Source of the DNA: Hyaloraphidium curvatum SAG 235-1
Taxonomy: Eukaryota; Fungi; Monoblepharomycota
Assembly (NCBI GenBank): GCA_025558095.1
Contig: JAIVFI010000027.1
Span: 248,001-312,000 of the forward strand
Direction of reading: 5' to 3'
Length of the DNA stretch: 64,000 bases
Shown: one piece after another, positions 33,676-46,444 of the stretch
How the letters are laid out: every line of letters begins with the position of its first letter
Position numbering within the stretch: the stretch's first letter is position 1
The notes under the pieces: generated by a model
Databases searched by the model: none
Seen by the model: the letters and a program-made list of their open reading frames with translations, nothing else
Told to the model about the DNA's origin: nothing
Program-made: the position numbers and the translations under genes

Positions 33676-36600
33676 CTACGCGAGCAATTTATCGAGGTCG
33701 TCGTCGTCCACGGGCTCGCCGCCGGTGGCGCTGAATGCGTCCGTGCCAGCGTAGGACGACAGATCGTCAAAGTCCGGGTCACCCTGGCCAGTGCGAGATC
33801 GGTGAGCGGCAGCTTCGGCACGGGACTGCGACAGATCGCCCACCTTCAGCGAGCCCGTTCCCGTCGTGTTCACCTCCATGCTCATGTGGCTCATGTTCTC
33901 GCTCATGTTGTCCATGAGATCGCCCTCCCCGGCATCCCCGATGACGCTGAGGTGGGCCTGTGACGGCCCGCTCGATGCGGGGGAGGTCGAAACCGGCAAG
34001 GAAAAGGCCACAGAACCGGCACCCGGCCGAGTCTGCTGGACCGGAGAAACAGTTGTTACCGAGGTCGTCGGCGACGCGTTGCTCGGTGGCCGCGACGACT
34101 GCAACGAATCGGAGTCAGAGAAAGAGGAGCAAAAAGCGAACTTCGCAACGCACCTGGATGCCGTTCGTCTTCTTCTCCACAGGCTCGGGATCCGCAACCG
34201 GCGACGACTTTGGCGCCTCCTCCTCCGCCTCCACCGGATCGTCGAATTCACCAGCATCGTCCCCGACATCGTTGTCGGCCCCCTCATCCTCCTCGAAGTC
34301 CGGCTTCGACGTCCCGTTGGTCGTCGCCGGATTGTCCTTGACCGCCTGGAGCAGGTCCCAGTGCAGGCTGTCCTTCAGCTCAAGGTACTTGGTCGCGGGC
34401 ACGGCGCGCTCCCTGATCCCCTTGTACCGCTCCTCGGCCTGGATCGCGTACTTGAGGTCCGGGAAAAGGTTCTCATACTCGGCGGGGTCCGCAAGGGCCT
34501 CGCCCGCCTTTTTCTTGCCCTGCGTCTGGAGATCCTCCTTCCAGAGCGAGACGAGGGCCGACATGTTGCTGCGTGAAAAGGACCATGTCAGGTCGACGAA
34601 CCGGGCGCGAAAAATCCGACCCACCTCGGAAGATAAGTCCGCGCCAGAAAGGCAGCTTCCGGTGTCCGTTCCGTGTTGACGAGGATGTCGATGCAGCGCT
34701 CCAAGTCGCCGGCGATGTAGGCGCACAGGAACGAGATGTTGTTCTTGCCCGCGGCCGCCGCGATCTCGCCGAGCTGCTCGATCCCCTTCCGGTTCCCGCT
34801 CGCCTGGTAGAAAAGCAGCAGGCCCTCCATGTCCTTGGCGCGGCGGAGGCACTCCTCGGCCAGGTTAAACTGCCAAGCCGCGAGGGCCGACTCGGCCAAG
34901 GTCTTCCACTTGTCCTCCTTGTCCGCCTGCCGCGCGATTTCGACCGCGACATCGAGCTTGCCGAGCTGCGTGGCCAGCTCGAAGCGGTGCTCGATGTCCG
35001 TGGAAACCTCGAGTGCCAGCTCCTTCAGTTCTGGCGGCACAGAGGCAGGTGAGCTTCCGAAATCAGTGAGGTAGCGACGGACTCACCTTGGCCCTCCAAG
35101 AACCGCGCCAGCCGGTTCCACTGGTCGCGGGGCACGGCCGGCAGGAGCTTCTCCGCGAGATCCAGGTCCCCGCGCAGCACCGCGGTCTGGTACTCGATCA
35201 CGCTCAGCGGGAGCGCGAAGCTGTACACGGTCAGGTCCTTGTCGCAGAGGTAGATGCGGTTGTCGCGGGGGATGTAGCCGAGGAGGTAGATGTTGTGGTC
35301 GAAGTGGCTGATGGTCGAGACCTGGCCGCCGACGACGTAGTTGAGGCGGTTGAGCGTGGACGTGTAGATGAAACAGTCGCCGATCCACGCGCCCGTCTTG
35401 ACACTGGGAACGAACGTCAGTGAGCGATGCCTTGAAGCATTGGACCAGCAACCCACGTCTCCGAAATCTCGCTGACGAAATCGAAGGCCGACTCCACGCC
35501 CTCCTCCGTGACGCTGTTGGCGCCGTTGCGGTCCAGGTACTGCTGGTACGCGACCCGGTTGAACTTGAGGATGTAGAAGCTCTCGTCGCCGGCGATGCAG
35601 ACGAGGTCGGTCTCGGACCAGTAGACCTGCATTCGTCCCCGTCAGCGCCATCCCCAACACGGCGGCGGGCGGCGACCCACCTGACGCGCCGCAACCTCGA
35701 CGCGGCGGACCGGGGCCCCGGTATCCCAGTCGTAGAAGTTGAGGAAGCTGCTGCTGCGCACGCCGAGCAGGGTGCCGCCGTAGATGCCCTCGGCGCTGTA
35801 CCCGGGCTTGATGTTGACGCCCGGCTTCTCCTTGAAGCTCTTGTAGACCTTGATCCGGGAGTTGGACTCGCGGACGGCGTACCTGCGGGGCGAGTCAGCG
35901 GGGACCGGGAGCGGGCCGGGTCGAAACGCACTCGTTCGAGTCCTGGGCCCAGACGAACTCGAGCGCGCTGCCGAAGCTCTTGTTGCGCCAGGCGAGGGCG
36001 GTGTAGATGATGTACTCGCCGTCGCCGCACACGACCACGAAGCTGCGATCGACAGATTAGTTTGGGAAGCCAAAGAGCAAGTCATGGCCGCTCACCGTCC
36101 GTTGGGGCTGTGCTGGAGCGTCTGGGGGTAAACCTCGCACGATCCGAGCTCCTTGATCGAAAGCGGGAGCCGCTCTCCATCCTTGATGTTCTCCTCTGCG
36201 GCGTTTCCGGGATCAGCAAGGCCGCCGCGACCCCGCCCGCTCGGGTCCTCCCACCGGTAGAGCTCTTGACGCTCGCCGTCAGGATCTCGTTGTGCTTGGC
36301 CCAGATGATCTTGCCGCCGCTGTCCATCGAAACCGCGGGCTCCTCCCGGCCGAGCTGCACCGACGCGTGAGTCTCCGGACCGCGCCAGCGCGCGGGACCC
36401 GACGGACCTTGATCGCGATGGTCCCCTCGTCGTACCCGATCGCGACGTCGTTCGAGCCCCTCAGGTACGCGATCGCCCACACGCGCTCCATCCCGTAGTT
36501 GAGCGTGTTCTCGAGGCGGTACGTGTTGGAGTGCCATATCCGCACCGTGCCGTCCTCGCTACCGGTGATGATGATGGGGAGCTCCGGGTGGAAGCAGGTC

Positions 36601-37619
36601 ACGCTGACGTTCTGCGAGTGGCCCTCGAGGGTCTGGACGCAGCTCTTGTTCTGGTAGTCCCAGACCTTGACGAGCCTTGGAGGTGCGCAGGTTCAGAAGG
36701 ACGAGCGCGCGCAAGCCTGCGGCGGACCCACTTGTCGTCCGCGCCCGAAACCAGGTACGGTTTATCGCCGCCGTGGTAGTAGTCCACCGTGTTGACGCCC
36801 TTCTCGTGGCCCTCGAGGGTGTAGTTGGGCACTGTGGACCCGAGCGACCAGACCTGCCCGCGGAGGTCAGCACTCCGGCGGGAACGCGCGTCGCCGGCCC
36901 GCGCACCTTGATCGTCCGGTCCAGCGACGCCGAAGCGAACGTGTTGGCATCCTTGGGGTTGAAGACGACCTGCATCACGTAGTGCGTGTGCCCTTCAAAC
37001 ACCTGGTCCGGACGGCGCCCCCGTGAGCCCCGCATCCCCGCCGCGCGCCCGGATCCGACGGACCATGACGTTCCTCCACGCCTTTTCCCAGTCCCACAGC
37101 TTGATCAGCATGTCGTCCGAGCTCGTGAGCACGTAGGGCTGGGTGGGGTGCACCGCGATGCTCCGGATGTAGTCCGAGTGCGCCTCGAAGGCGATGACCT
37201 TTTCCAGCGTGTTGTAGTTGAACACGCGCAGCTGCATGTCGTCCGAGCCGGTGATGACCCAGGACTTGCGCGGCACGAACTTTGCGGCGCGCACGGGGAG
37301 GTCCGTGACCTCGAAGGTCTTGACGAGCACCTGAAAGCGGGCGTCAGGGGGCGCTTCCCGCGCCTCTGCAACGTGCCCGCCTGGTTCTCATAGTTCCAGA
37401 TGTACACGTTGCCGTTGTACAGCGAGGCGAGCAGCCACGGCTCGGTCGGGTGGAAGTCGACCGACTTGACGCGCTCCGACCGCGCGGTCAGCTTGCGCTG
37501 CGGGGGCGTCAGCGGGCGCGGCGGATGGCGCCTCCCGGCAAACCTTGATTTCCAGGCGCAGCGGCTGCGGGGTGCGGGCGGTCAGCGCGGCCGACGCGGC
37601 GCGCGGGTTCGCCCACCAT
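33676..37619 (-). CDS. SEC27: Coatomer subunit beta'
   Basis: M|PLRLEIK|[84 protein letters not shown]; many introns. Confidence 0.97.
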
Positions 37620-38007
37620 TGGCGCGGCACGGCGGGCGGCGGGCGCGGCGCGCGCGGGGAATCGGCGCCGTCCGCGCGGCGGCGGGGGGCGGCGCGGCGG
37701 GGAGCGGGAATGCGCCGCGGCGGGCGGGGGGGGAGTCGTGCGTGGTGAGGACTCGCGAACGAAGTCAAGGCGGGCAACACGCAGTCAGGCGAGGCGCCAG
37801 CGAGCGTCCCCGCTCGCAACAACGGGCCGCGACCTGCGCCTCGGCCGGCAAAAGAACAACGGCACGCATTTCCAAATCATCTATGGTCGCGGAATAGCCC
37901 CGTCCAACGCCAACAGTGCACGCCGACCCTCCTCATCCTGCCGGCCCGATCCACTGCACCCGCCACGCCCGCGCGCGCGGCCCACTCCTCCGAATCCAAC
38001 CGGGCGA

Positions 38008-39028
38008 TCAGCGGTCGTAGCACTTTTTCCTGTATGCGGGACGGGCGGTCAGAATGGATTTCGGGGGGCGGGCATTACGGGAGCGCGATCCGAATCGGAA
38101 AGCAGCCTTCCCGTGCTCCCGAAAAGCAAATGATACGCACTGGTTCGCCTTCAATCGACGGACAAATGTCAGAACATCACTTTTGTGCGCGCGGACTCGC
38201 CGCAATTCAAACCCACCTTGGTGTTGAGGATGAGCGACACGATGAGCCCGTAGAGGCCCAGCACCTCGGCGAAAATCAGGATGAGCACCATGCCGACGAA
38301 CACGCGGGACTGGTAGGAGTAGTCCCGCACGCCGGCGTCTCCGGCGTGGCCTGGTGGCGCGACGAAAGGGGGAGATGGCGGGGAGTGCGGCAGGTGCGCC
38401 ACGGGGCACGGGGGGGCAGGCAGCGTCCAGGAGCGGGCACGAACAACGTCAGCAAACCACTTCGAACGTTTCCGAAAGCGGCGCCGGCCGACCCACCGAT
38501 CGCGTACCCCGCCGCGACGCCCGCGAACCCGGTCGATATCCCCGCGGCCAGGTGCACGAACGAGTCGAACGCCGAGTAGCCGAGGTCCGGCGCCACGTTC
38601 CCCGAGATGAGCACCGACACCACGAGGCCGTACACGCAGATGATACCGGCCATGACGACTGCGGGGCGGGTGGCGCGCGCGGGGGGTTGCGCGGCGGGGG
38701 GCGCACGGGCGGGCGGGCGGGCGGGCGGTCAGCGCGCGCCCGGGGCAGATGCAGCAGCGAGGAAAGGCCCACCGGGAATGAGCGACTTCATGATGAGGTC
38801 GGGCTTGTACTGCCCCATGCCCGCGATGCCCATGCCCGCGAGCGCGGTGCCGTAGCCGGCGCCGACGGACGAGAAGATCATCGACATGCTGACGCCCATC
38901 ATCCCGAAGAACGGCGGCCAGAACGGGCACGGCGGGTCCGAGATGGCGATGTAGTAGTTGTAGCCCTGCGTCTGCACGAACGAGTTGGTGTGGTTCCAGT
39001 TGCGCGCATCCTCGGCCGGCGTGGACAT
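38008..39028 (-). CDS. VMA11: V-ATPase proteolipid subunit c/c' (VMA11-like)
   Basis: [29 protein letters not shown]|[47 protein letters not shown]; the 3' end probably uses an 8-nt exon (GCGAACCA) to end ..KKCYDR*. Confidence 0.9.
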
Positions 39029-39234
39029 GGCTGCCGGCGGGGGCGGTCAGGGCCGTTGCAAAGGAGAGCTAGGTACGGCGGGGAGGCCAGCGGACACATA
39101 CTGGGGCGGTAGAAGTGGGGGGGAAGTGCCGGGTGGCGTGCGCGGTAGCAGCGCCTGGAAGATAGGGCGCGCCCTGACCACTCACGCCTCCCCCATTTCG
39201 AGGCACAGATCGACGCCAGATCTCTTCTTTCCTT

Positions 39235-40221
39235 CTAGCCCTCGTCCGATCCGCCCTCTTCTTCCACCTCCACGTACTCCACGACCTCCTCGACCTCCTC
39301 CTCCCCCTCCTCCCCCTCCTCCCCTTCCCCGTCCTCTCCCTCGCCGTCCCCGTGCCCCTCTTCCTCCCCGTGGCCCTCTTCCTCCCCGTGCTCCGTGCCC
39401 TCGTCCTTCCCGGCGGTAGGTGCGGTCCGATTCCCCGTGGGGGTCCCCACGTACCCCCGGAAATCCAGCGGCGCCCCCCTCCCGCTCACCGCCCGCGAAT
39501 ACAGCAGGCCCACCGTCGGCATCGCGTTCCAGTGCAGTGCCAGGCGCCCTTTCAGTTCGCTGCGGGGGACGATCGGGGTCAGCGGATGCGGGCCGGGGAC
39601 GGCGGGGGACCGACGAAAGGGAGGGGCCGATGTCGGTCATCGGGTACTCTGCGCGCACGCCGCGGAGGTCCAGCACGGCCGAGGAGGGGGAGGGCACGAT
39701 GCGGTCCCATATCACGACGTGGTTGGTGTCCTGTCGCCAACGGCAACGGTGAGCGGCGGTAACCGTCGGCGGCGCAGGCGGGCCCACGTGGGAGGGCGTC
39801 TCGTACTCCACGGCGAGGTAGACAAAGAGCTGCTTGGTGTTCCATTTGAAGAGGTTGGTGAGGTCTTGCGGGCATGCGGGTGGTCAGCGGCGACACTGGG
39901 AGGCGGGATCGCGGGACCCACCGGCCTTGAGGTCGAACGTGAGGAAGGCCATCTCGGTCACGGGCTGCGGAGGCCCCTGGTACGAAGGCTGCCGTCCCTT
40001 TTTCCTGCCCGGCACGGCAACCGCCTCCGATCAGCCCTCTGACGCGTCCCGCGCCCCGCAAGGCAGACTCACACGACCACCTCCCTGACGCGGATCTCCA
40101 CGGGCGGGTCCTCCCCCCGCAGCACAAACGGCGACACCACCGCGACGGCGACGGCGATGCCGAGGCAGACGGTGACGAAGAAGGCAAAGACGGAGTTGGC
40201 GCGCTGGGTGATGGAGTACAT
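39235..40221 (-). CDS. SPC3: Signal peptidase complex subunit SPC22/23
   Basis: MYSITQRANSVFAF..AFLTFDLKA|DLTNLFKWNTKQLFVYLAVEY..NHVVIWDRIV..LHWNAMPTVGLL; acidic C-tail. Confidence 0.93.
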
Positions 40222-40529
40222 TGCGGGGACGGCGCGTTCCGGCGCGTCCGGGGGGCCCAGGGAGGGATTTGTGGCCGGCGATTGGGGGAGAGGGATCCAA
40301 GGGAGGGGTTCACGGTCTCGGATTGCGCATGGCGGGCCCAGCAGGTCTCCGGAAGGTGTCGCGTTGGCGGGAATCGGAGCTTAGGAGTTGCCTAGGTGTC
40401 GGGCCCGGGTAAGGCGCGTTGTTAGGGCCGCGATCGAGTGCGGTTGGACCAAACCGAAGTCCGCGACAAATCGCCGCGAAGCGCACTGCGCTGCACCCCC
40501 CCAGCGCGCACGCCCCGCCGCCGCGCGCG

Positions 40530-42120
40530 ATGGAGGAGGAAATCGAGGAGCAGCCGCAGCGGCCGCTGGGCGCGGCGCGGGGCGATGGGCGCGGCGAGCG
40601 GCCGCGGGCGCGGCGGGCGCACCCCCCGCCGGCACGCGGCGCCGCAGCGAGGGCGGCCGGGGCGCCGCGCGCCGCCGAGGCGCCGAGGGCCGCCGACCGC
40701 CGCGGGGCCGATGGCGGCGCCCCCGCGAAGCCCGCGCGCCGCCCGCCCAACCCGCCGCCGCGCCGCACAAAGAGCGCGGCAACGGACCCGCGGCTGCTCA
40801 GGCGGCTGGCGCACTCGGCCGCCGCGGCCGCGCGGGGCAGGGAGCCCGGGACCCCCGCGGCGCCCGCGGACAGGCTGCGCAGGGACGCGCCCGGCACACG
40901 CTCCACGCCGGCCCCCGCAGGCGGCCGCGGCAGGGACCCGCCGCGCAGGGGGACGCCCAAGGCGGGGGCCGCCGGCGGCGGGGGCAAGCGCAAGGCGCCG
41001 CGCCGCGGCTCGGACGCGGACGACTCGGACGCCGCACCCGCGCGCAAGCGCCGCAAGGCCGACGACGCATCCGCGGACGGCGAGAGGCTGGCGCTGCCAG
41101 AGGGCCTGGAAAGGGTGCTGGTCGAGGCGTCGCTGGCGTTCGACGGCATCGCAGAGGACGTCAAGGAGCTCAACTCAAAGTGCGTGCATGCATCGCATGC
41201 TCGGCCCCCTGCCCGGCTGACGTGCGCTCCCCGCCCCGCTTCGCAGGCTCCGCGACGTCCAGATCCAGATCCTCGACCAGGAGGAGCACCTGCACTCGCT
41301 CGACATCCACCCGGACTACATCCGCCGCCTGACCGAGATGGAGGACAAGCACCGGCGCAAGATGTCGGCCATGAACGAGCGCCGCCGCCTCGAAAAGGCC
41401 CGCGTCAAGGAGATGGCCCGCATGGAGCGCGAGGAGACCACGCGGTGGTTCCTCGAAAAGAAGCGCGCGGTGCGCAAGGAGGTCCTCGCGGAGCTGGTAG
41501 CATCCATCGACGCCATCAAGCTCGAGCGCAAGATCCTGCGCGAGCTGGACCGCGCCTCCTCCGCCGCCCCCGCGCGCACCGCATGGTCGCTCCCCGATCC
41601 GCCCCCCGATGCGGACAAGGCGGCGCACCTCCTCCGCCCGCTGGCCCCGCTGGACCCCCTCGACGCGCGCACGGACCTCGGCCTGCTCCGCATGCTCACG
41701 GCCACCACCCCCCGCGGCCATCCCCGCGAACCGAGGGGGATGTTCCCCCTCTCGCAGCCCTCGGCGTGGGAGATGCTCGGCCCCCTCGAGGCCAGCGTGG
41801 GCCGGCTGCCGGTGCTGGGCGACGCGCTGGAGGACGTGGATCCCGCGGACAAGGAGGACGAGGTGGAGAGGGCGGTGCTGGAGATGGAGGGCCGCGAGCT
41901 GGCGGCGGTGAGGGGGATGCTGGCGGCGCGGGGCGAGGTTGAGGTGGAAGAGGACGAGGGGTACGGGACGGAGAGGTCCGCGACGCCGGAGCTGGTGGAG
42001 GGGATCGATCTGTCGGCGTGGGAGGAGAGGTGGAAGGGGAAGGAGAGGGCGGAGCCGGTGCGGGGATGGGAGGGGGAGGGCGTGGAGGCGCCGATGGAGG
42101 TGGAGGCGACGGCGTCGTAG
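40530..42120 (+). CDS. Sds3-like (Sin3/Rpd3L-associated) coiled-coil protein
   Basis: After an intron at ~41180-41246: LRDVQIQILDQEE..IHPDYIRRLTEMEDKHRRK.., which resembles the Sds3 HPEY coiled coil. Confidence 0.65.
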
Positions 42121-42258
42121 GCGCCCGATGGATGCGGGACATCTTCTTCAGCTTGGGCACGGCAGCGGCACGGCGGAACTCGGGCACGGACAAGGCACGG
42201 AGAAAGAGTAGGCTATAGAATCCTAATCGATGGCAGCTCCTACACCCGCATCTGCCCT

Positions 42259-43742
42259 TCACTTGGTCCCCTCCACGACCCGCCGGATCACGTCGACGAC
42301 GACCTGGGTCGTCGGCGCGGCGGCGGTCTCGAGGTTGAGCGCGTAGGGCATGGGGATGTCGGCGCCGGTGACGCGGGCCAGGGGCGCGTCGAGGTAGTCG
42401 AACGCCTCGGCTGCAACGGAACGGTCAGCCCGGATCGACGAGAAGGGGCGCTTCCAGCGGCCCGCGAGGAGCATTCCGCGCGACGACACCCACACTCCAT
42501 CAGGATCCCCGCGATCTCCGCGCCCACGCCGTACGCCGGCCAGCCGTGCTCCACGCTCACGATCTTGTTCGTCTTCTTGACGCTCTTGACGATCGCGTCC
42601 ACGTCCAGCGGCCGGATGGACCGCAGGTTGATCACCTCGGCCGAGATGCCCGCCTTGGCCAGCTCGTCGGCGGCCTCCATCACGGGGGTCAGCGAGCGCG
42701 AGAAGGAGACCACGGTCACGTCGGTGCCCTCGCGCTCGATCTTGGCCTTGCCGATCGGGATGAGGAAGTCCTTGTCCAGCGCGGCCTTGGGGACGGGGAA
42801 GGACATGCCGTACATGAACTCGGACTCGAGGACGCAGACGGGGTTGCCGTCGCGGATGGCGGACTGCGGCAACAGGGGGCTGTCAGCGACCGGTCGCGCC
42901 CACGCGGGAGCCGCACCCAGCCCCGCGACGCACCTTGATCAGCCCCCTCGCGTCCTCCGAGTTCCACGGCGCGACGACCTTGAGCCCGGGCACCATCCCC
43001 AGCCACGCCGCGAAGCACTGCGTGTGCTGCGCCGCCACGCCGGGCGCGACCCCGTTCGGCCCGCGGAACACGATGGGCACCTCGGCCGCGCCGGCGGACA
43101 TGTAGTGCGTCTTGGCGGCCGAGTTGATGACGTGGTCGATGGCCTGGAGGGCAAAGTTCCAGGTCATGAACTCGCACACCGGGCGCAGGCCGGCAAAGGC
43201 CGCGCCGACGGCGATGCCGGCGAAGCCCATCTCGGTGATGGGCGTGTCGATCATGCGCTTCTCGCCGTACTTGTCGAGCAGGCCCTTGGTGACCTGTTCT
43301 CCGGGGGAACGCGGTCAGCGGGGGCTATTGTGAGGAAGAGGCTCCACAGAGTCCGGGAACGCGATCCGACCTTGTAGGCCCCGTTATACTGCGCCACCTC
43401 CTCGCCGAGAATGAACACGCGGTCGTCGCGCGCCATCTCCTCGTCCAGCGACGAGTTGAGCGCCTCGCGGACCGTCATCTGCCTCCGTGTCAGCCCCCAA
43501 CAAAATGGATCCACAAGCCACGTGCCTGGACCACATCGCCTCCCGGAGCGGCGGCCGTCGCGAACGGGCGCAGCGGGCGCGCGGGCCGCGGGACGGAGAG
43601 CGTCGACCGCGCGCGGCGCGCGGCGTGGCGGAGCGCTGCGGGGCGTCAGGCGGCGCGGCGGACGCGCGGCGGGCGGCGCACCTGGCGCGGGCGCCGCGGC
43701 GCGGCGGAGGCACGCCGCGATGGCCGGCGCGGCGCTGGCCAT
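42259..43742 (-). CDS. PDB1: Pyruvate dehydrogenase E1 beta, mitochondrial
   Basis: [84 protein letters not shown]. Confidence 0.97.
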
Positions 43743-43961
43743 GGCGGTGGACGACGCGTGTGGGGAGACCCTGATATCAGGTCGCGTTGAGGGGCAAAAC
43801 AGCTCCGCTTCGTCCCGAGCGCAACAGGACCGGCAAACCCTGGCGAGTCTTACTCGGATCTTACCATCAGCTTGGCGAGAATATGTGTCGAGACCTAGGC
43901 ATGCTTTGGGAGGGTTTCCGGCTCGCGGATCGGACGAGAAGCCCAAGCTGCGAGGCAAGTA

Positions 43962-44655
43962 GGGGTCTGTAGCTGCTTACTGCCCCGTCCTGGCTGCCCT
44001 CTCGGATGCTGGCGGGCACCGGAACCATATCAACCATACCAGACATGCTCGGTGTTGCTCCGACGTTTGATCGGTGTAATCGGTGGGCGAGATCAGGCGT
44101 CTCGAGGCGCCCACGGCAGCGCTTCGTTCACCAGCAGCAACCTACAGTCCAAAGGCCGCTCGATGGACCCAATCAGCAAACGATCCGCGGATGGCGGTCG
44201 CTGGCATCGCGTGCCCGCCCGGCGTTTCGTCCGTGGGGCGCAGAGCAAGGGACAAGGAGGCGCCGGCCTACCCCGAGCCTCCGACCCCTCCAGGTCCCCA
44301 GAATCAGCTAGAGCTCCGATCCGCCGGGCATGAAGCCTGGTGGCAAGCATACGTCCGGCATTGCGTGCCGGGCTCGAAGGGAGAGGCAACGGCCGGGTTG
44401 GGAGGCGCCAGCCTGGCCAACAGCAACCAAGCCGTCAAGAGCCCCAACTCCAGCTAGAACTTTGATTGGGAAGGGCATGTGGTGTAGTGGCAGCGTATCT
44501 CCGCTTTGCTTGCCGTGTTCGAAGGGGAGAGGGAGCAGATGGTGGAGGCGGCCGCCTGGTTCCCAGCACCCTACCCTTCCAGGTTCCCAGAATCAGCTAG
44601 AACTTCGATCAAAGTTGGGCATGTGGTGTAGTGGCATCATACTCACGTTCGGGTT
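43962..44655 (+). repeat. Inverted repeat IR2, left arm (pairs with 52954-53519)
   Basis: ggggtctgtagctgc...catcatactcacgttcgggtt matches the reverse complement of 52954-53519; more diverged than IR1 and has one extra tandem unit. Confidence 0.92.
44617..44655 (+). pseudogene. tRNA-Pro 5' half truncated just after the anticodon (further decayed copies at 44473 and 44326)
   Basis: GGGCATGTGGTGTAGTGGCATCATACTCACGTTCGGGTT followed by unrelated sequence; no T-arm. Confidence 0.85.
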
Positions 44656-44920
44656 ACGCTAGCGTCTGGGACCTGGAGAGTGGCGTGAATAAGATGCGTC
44701 CGGTCCTGATGCTGGGGTTGTCCCAGGTATCGAAGGATCCATCACTGTTATGAAAGAGGGCATGCATAGCAAGCAACAAAGAGAAAGCTTCGCCGAAGCA
44801 TCTATACCATCAATCTCCGAGCGTTGACGACGATGCGCGGCGATTCCATCGATCGTCCGATCGCGCACCCACCTTTATCGGCGTGCTCGGCTTGACGCGT
44901 TCCCCCTCACCGAGGCCAAT

Positions 44921-46444
44921 ATGGGCTCCCTGGAAATTGATCCAACTTTGCTGGACATTGAGACGATCCGCGCCGGGCTGGCCTCGGGCGCCATGACCGC
45001 CGAGGCCCTCGCGGCGGCCCACATCGCCCGCGCGGACCTGCTGGAGCCTCGGCTTCGCGCGCTGACGTTCCGGAACCACGCCGCCTTGGATGACGCCAAG
45101 GCAATTGATGCCAAACTGGCCCGCGGGGAGGATTTGGGGCCGCTGGCCGGCGTGCCGGTCATCGTGAAGGAGGCCATCGACATGGCTGGGTTCGCATCCA
45201 CCGCTGGATGGGCGCCGTACGCCGAATCGCGGGCGATGGTGCCCTCCCGCGACGCCCCCGTCGTGCAGAGGCTCCGAAAAGCGGGAGCCGTTATCATCGG
45301 CAAGTCCAACATACCTCCCTTCTCCTACGACGATTGCCGGACGGCTGGATCGTGGCGAGGCCTTACCGTCAACGCGGCGCACCCGGCTTCTGCCCCCGGT
45401 GCTTCTTCGAGCGGCACCGCCGCGGCTATTGTGGCTGGATACGGGGTCGTCGGGCTCGCCGAAGAGACCGGAGGGAGCATCCAGAACCCGGCTTCGGCCA
45501 TGTCGCTCTACAGCGTGAAGCCGACCTTTGGCCTCGTGCCGAACGCAGGCGTGGTGCCGATTGCGGGGTCCACTCGCGACGTTGTAGGACCGCATGCGCG
45601 GAGCGTCAGGGACGCCGCCATCCTGCTCGACGTTTTGGCGGGCTACCATCCCGAGGACCCAAAGACGGTGGCCTCGATCGGCAACGTCCCCGAGGGCGGC
45701 TACACCTCGCTGCTTTCGGATTCGGCGCTTGCAAGTGCGCGCCTGGGCACGTATGGACCTGGTTGGCGGACCCAGTCTCTGGACGAAGAGACAGCGGCAC
45801 TGTACGGCGCTGCGCTGGACCGGATCGCCTCGCGGGGAGCAACCATCGTCGCCGACCCCTTTGCTGGCACCGGCTTTGCCTCTTTCCGCCGTGTGGACAA
45901 GAACGGATTCGACGAGCGTGGCTGCGAGTCGATCGTCTACGACTTTGCGGCATACCTTCGTCGGCTCGGCCCCGGCAACCCAAAGACCCTTGCCGAACTG
46001 GATGCCAAGGCCAGAAAACCAGCATTTGCCCCCGATACCGTGCTGTCGCATTGGCTCGAGCATCCGGTGTCGAAAGCCAGCCTCGCGGATCCAGATGCCG
46101 TGCCTGACCTCTCGGAGTTTCTCTCCGTGCGCATCCAGCACCTGGCGCTCTTCAACAAGACCATGGACGCGCACGGACTGGACGCCCTCGTGTTTCCGCA
46201 GACGTTTAGGAAGCTCCCGGCGGCGGACGGCACCGATGCCTGGCCTGCAACCACGGTCGACGAGATCAACATCGCCGGGGTCCCCTTGGTAACGGTGCCG
46301 GCGGGTGCTTACGCTGACGGAGCGCCGTTTGGCCTGGTGGTTGTCGGGCGGATGTGGTCGGAGGCCAAGCTGCTGGCCTTGGCGAACGATTACGAGCAGG
46401 CTTTCGGCGGTAGAGTGGGGCTTGCCAAGGAGTTGATGAGCTAG
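44921..46444 (+). CDS. Amidase-signature family enzyme, intronless
   Basis: GPLAGVPVIVKEAID (catalytic Lys), PGASSSGTAAA, ETGGSIQNPA (Ser nucleophile), KPTFGLVP, TRDVVGPHARSVRDAA. Confidence 0.93.
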   Translation: MGSLEIDPTLLDIETIRAGLASGAMTAEALAAAHIARADLLEPRLRALTFRNHAALDDAKAIDAKLARGEDLGPLAGVPVIVKEAIDMAGFASTAGWAPYAESRAMVPSRDAPVVQRLRKAGAVIIGKSNIPPFSYDDCRTAGSWRGLTVNAAHPASAPGASSSGTAAAIVAGYGVVGLAEETGGSIQNPASAMSLYSVKPTFGLVPNAGVVPIAGSTRDVVGPHARSVRDAAILLDVLAGYHPEDPKTVASIGNVPEGGYTSLLSDSALASARLGTYGPGWRTQSLDEETAALYGAALDRIASRGATIVADPFAGTGFASFRRVDKNGFDERGCESIVYDFAAYLRRLGPGNPKTLAELDAKARKPAFAPDTVLSHWLEHPVSKASLADPDAVPDLSEFLSVRIQHLALFNKTMDAHGLDALVFPQTFRKLPAADGTDAWPATTVDEINIAGVPLVTVPAGAYADGAPFGLVVVGRMWSEAKLLALANDYEQAFGGRVGLAKELMS

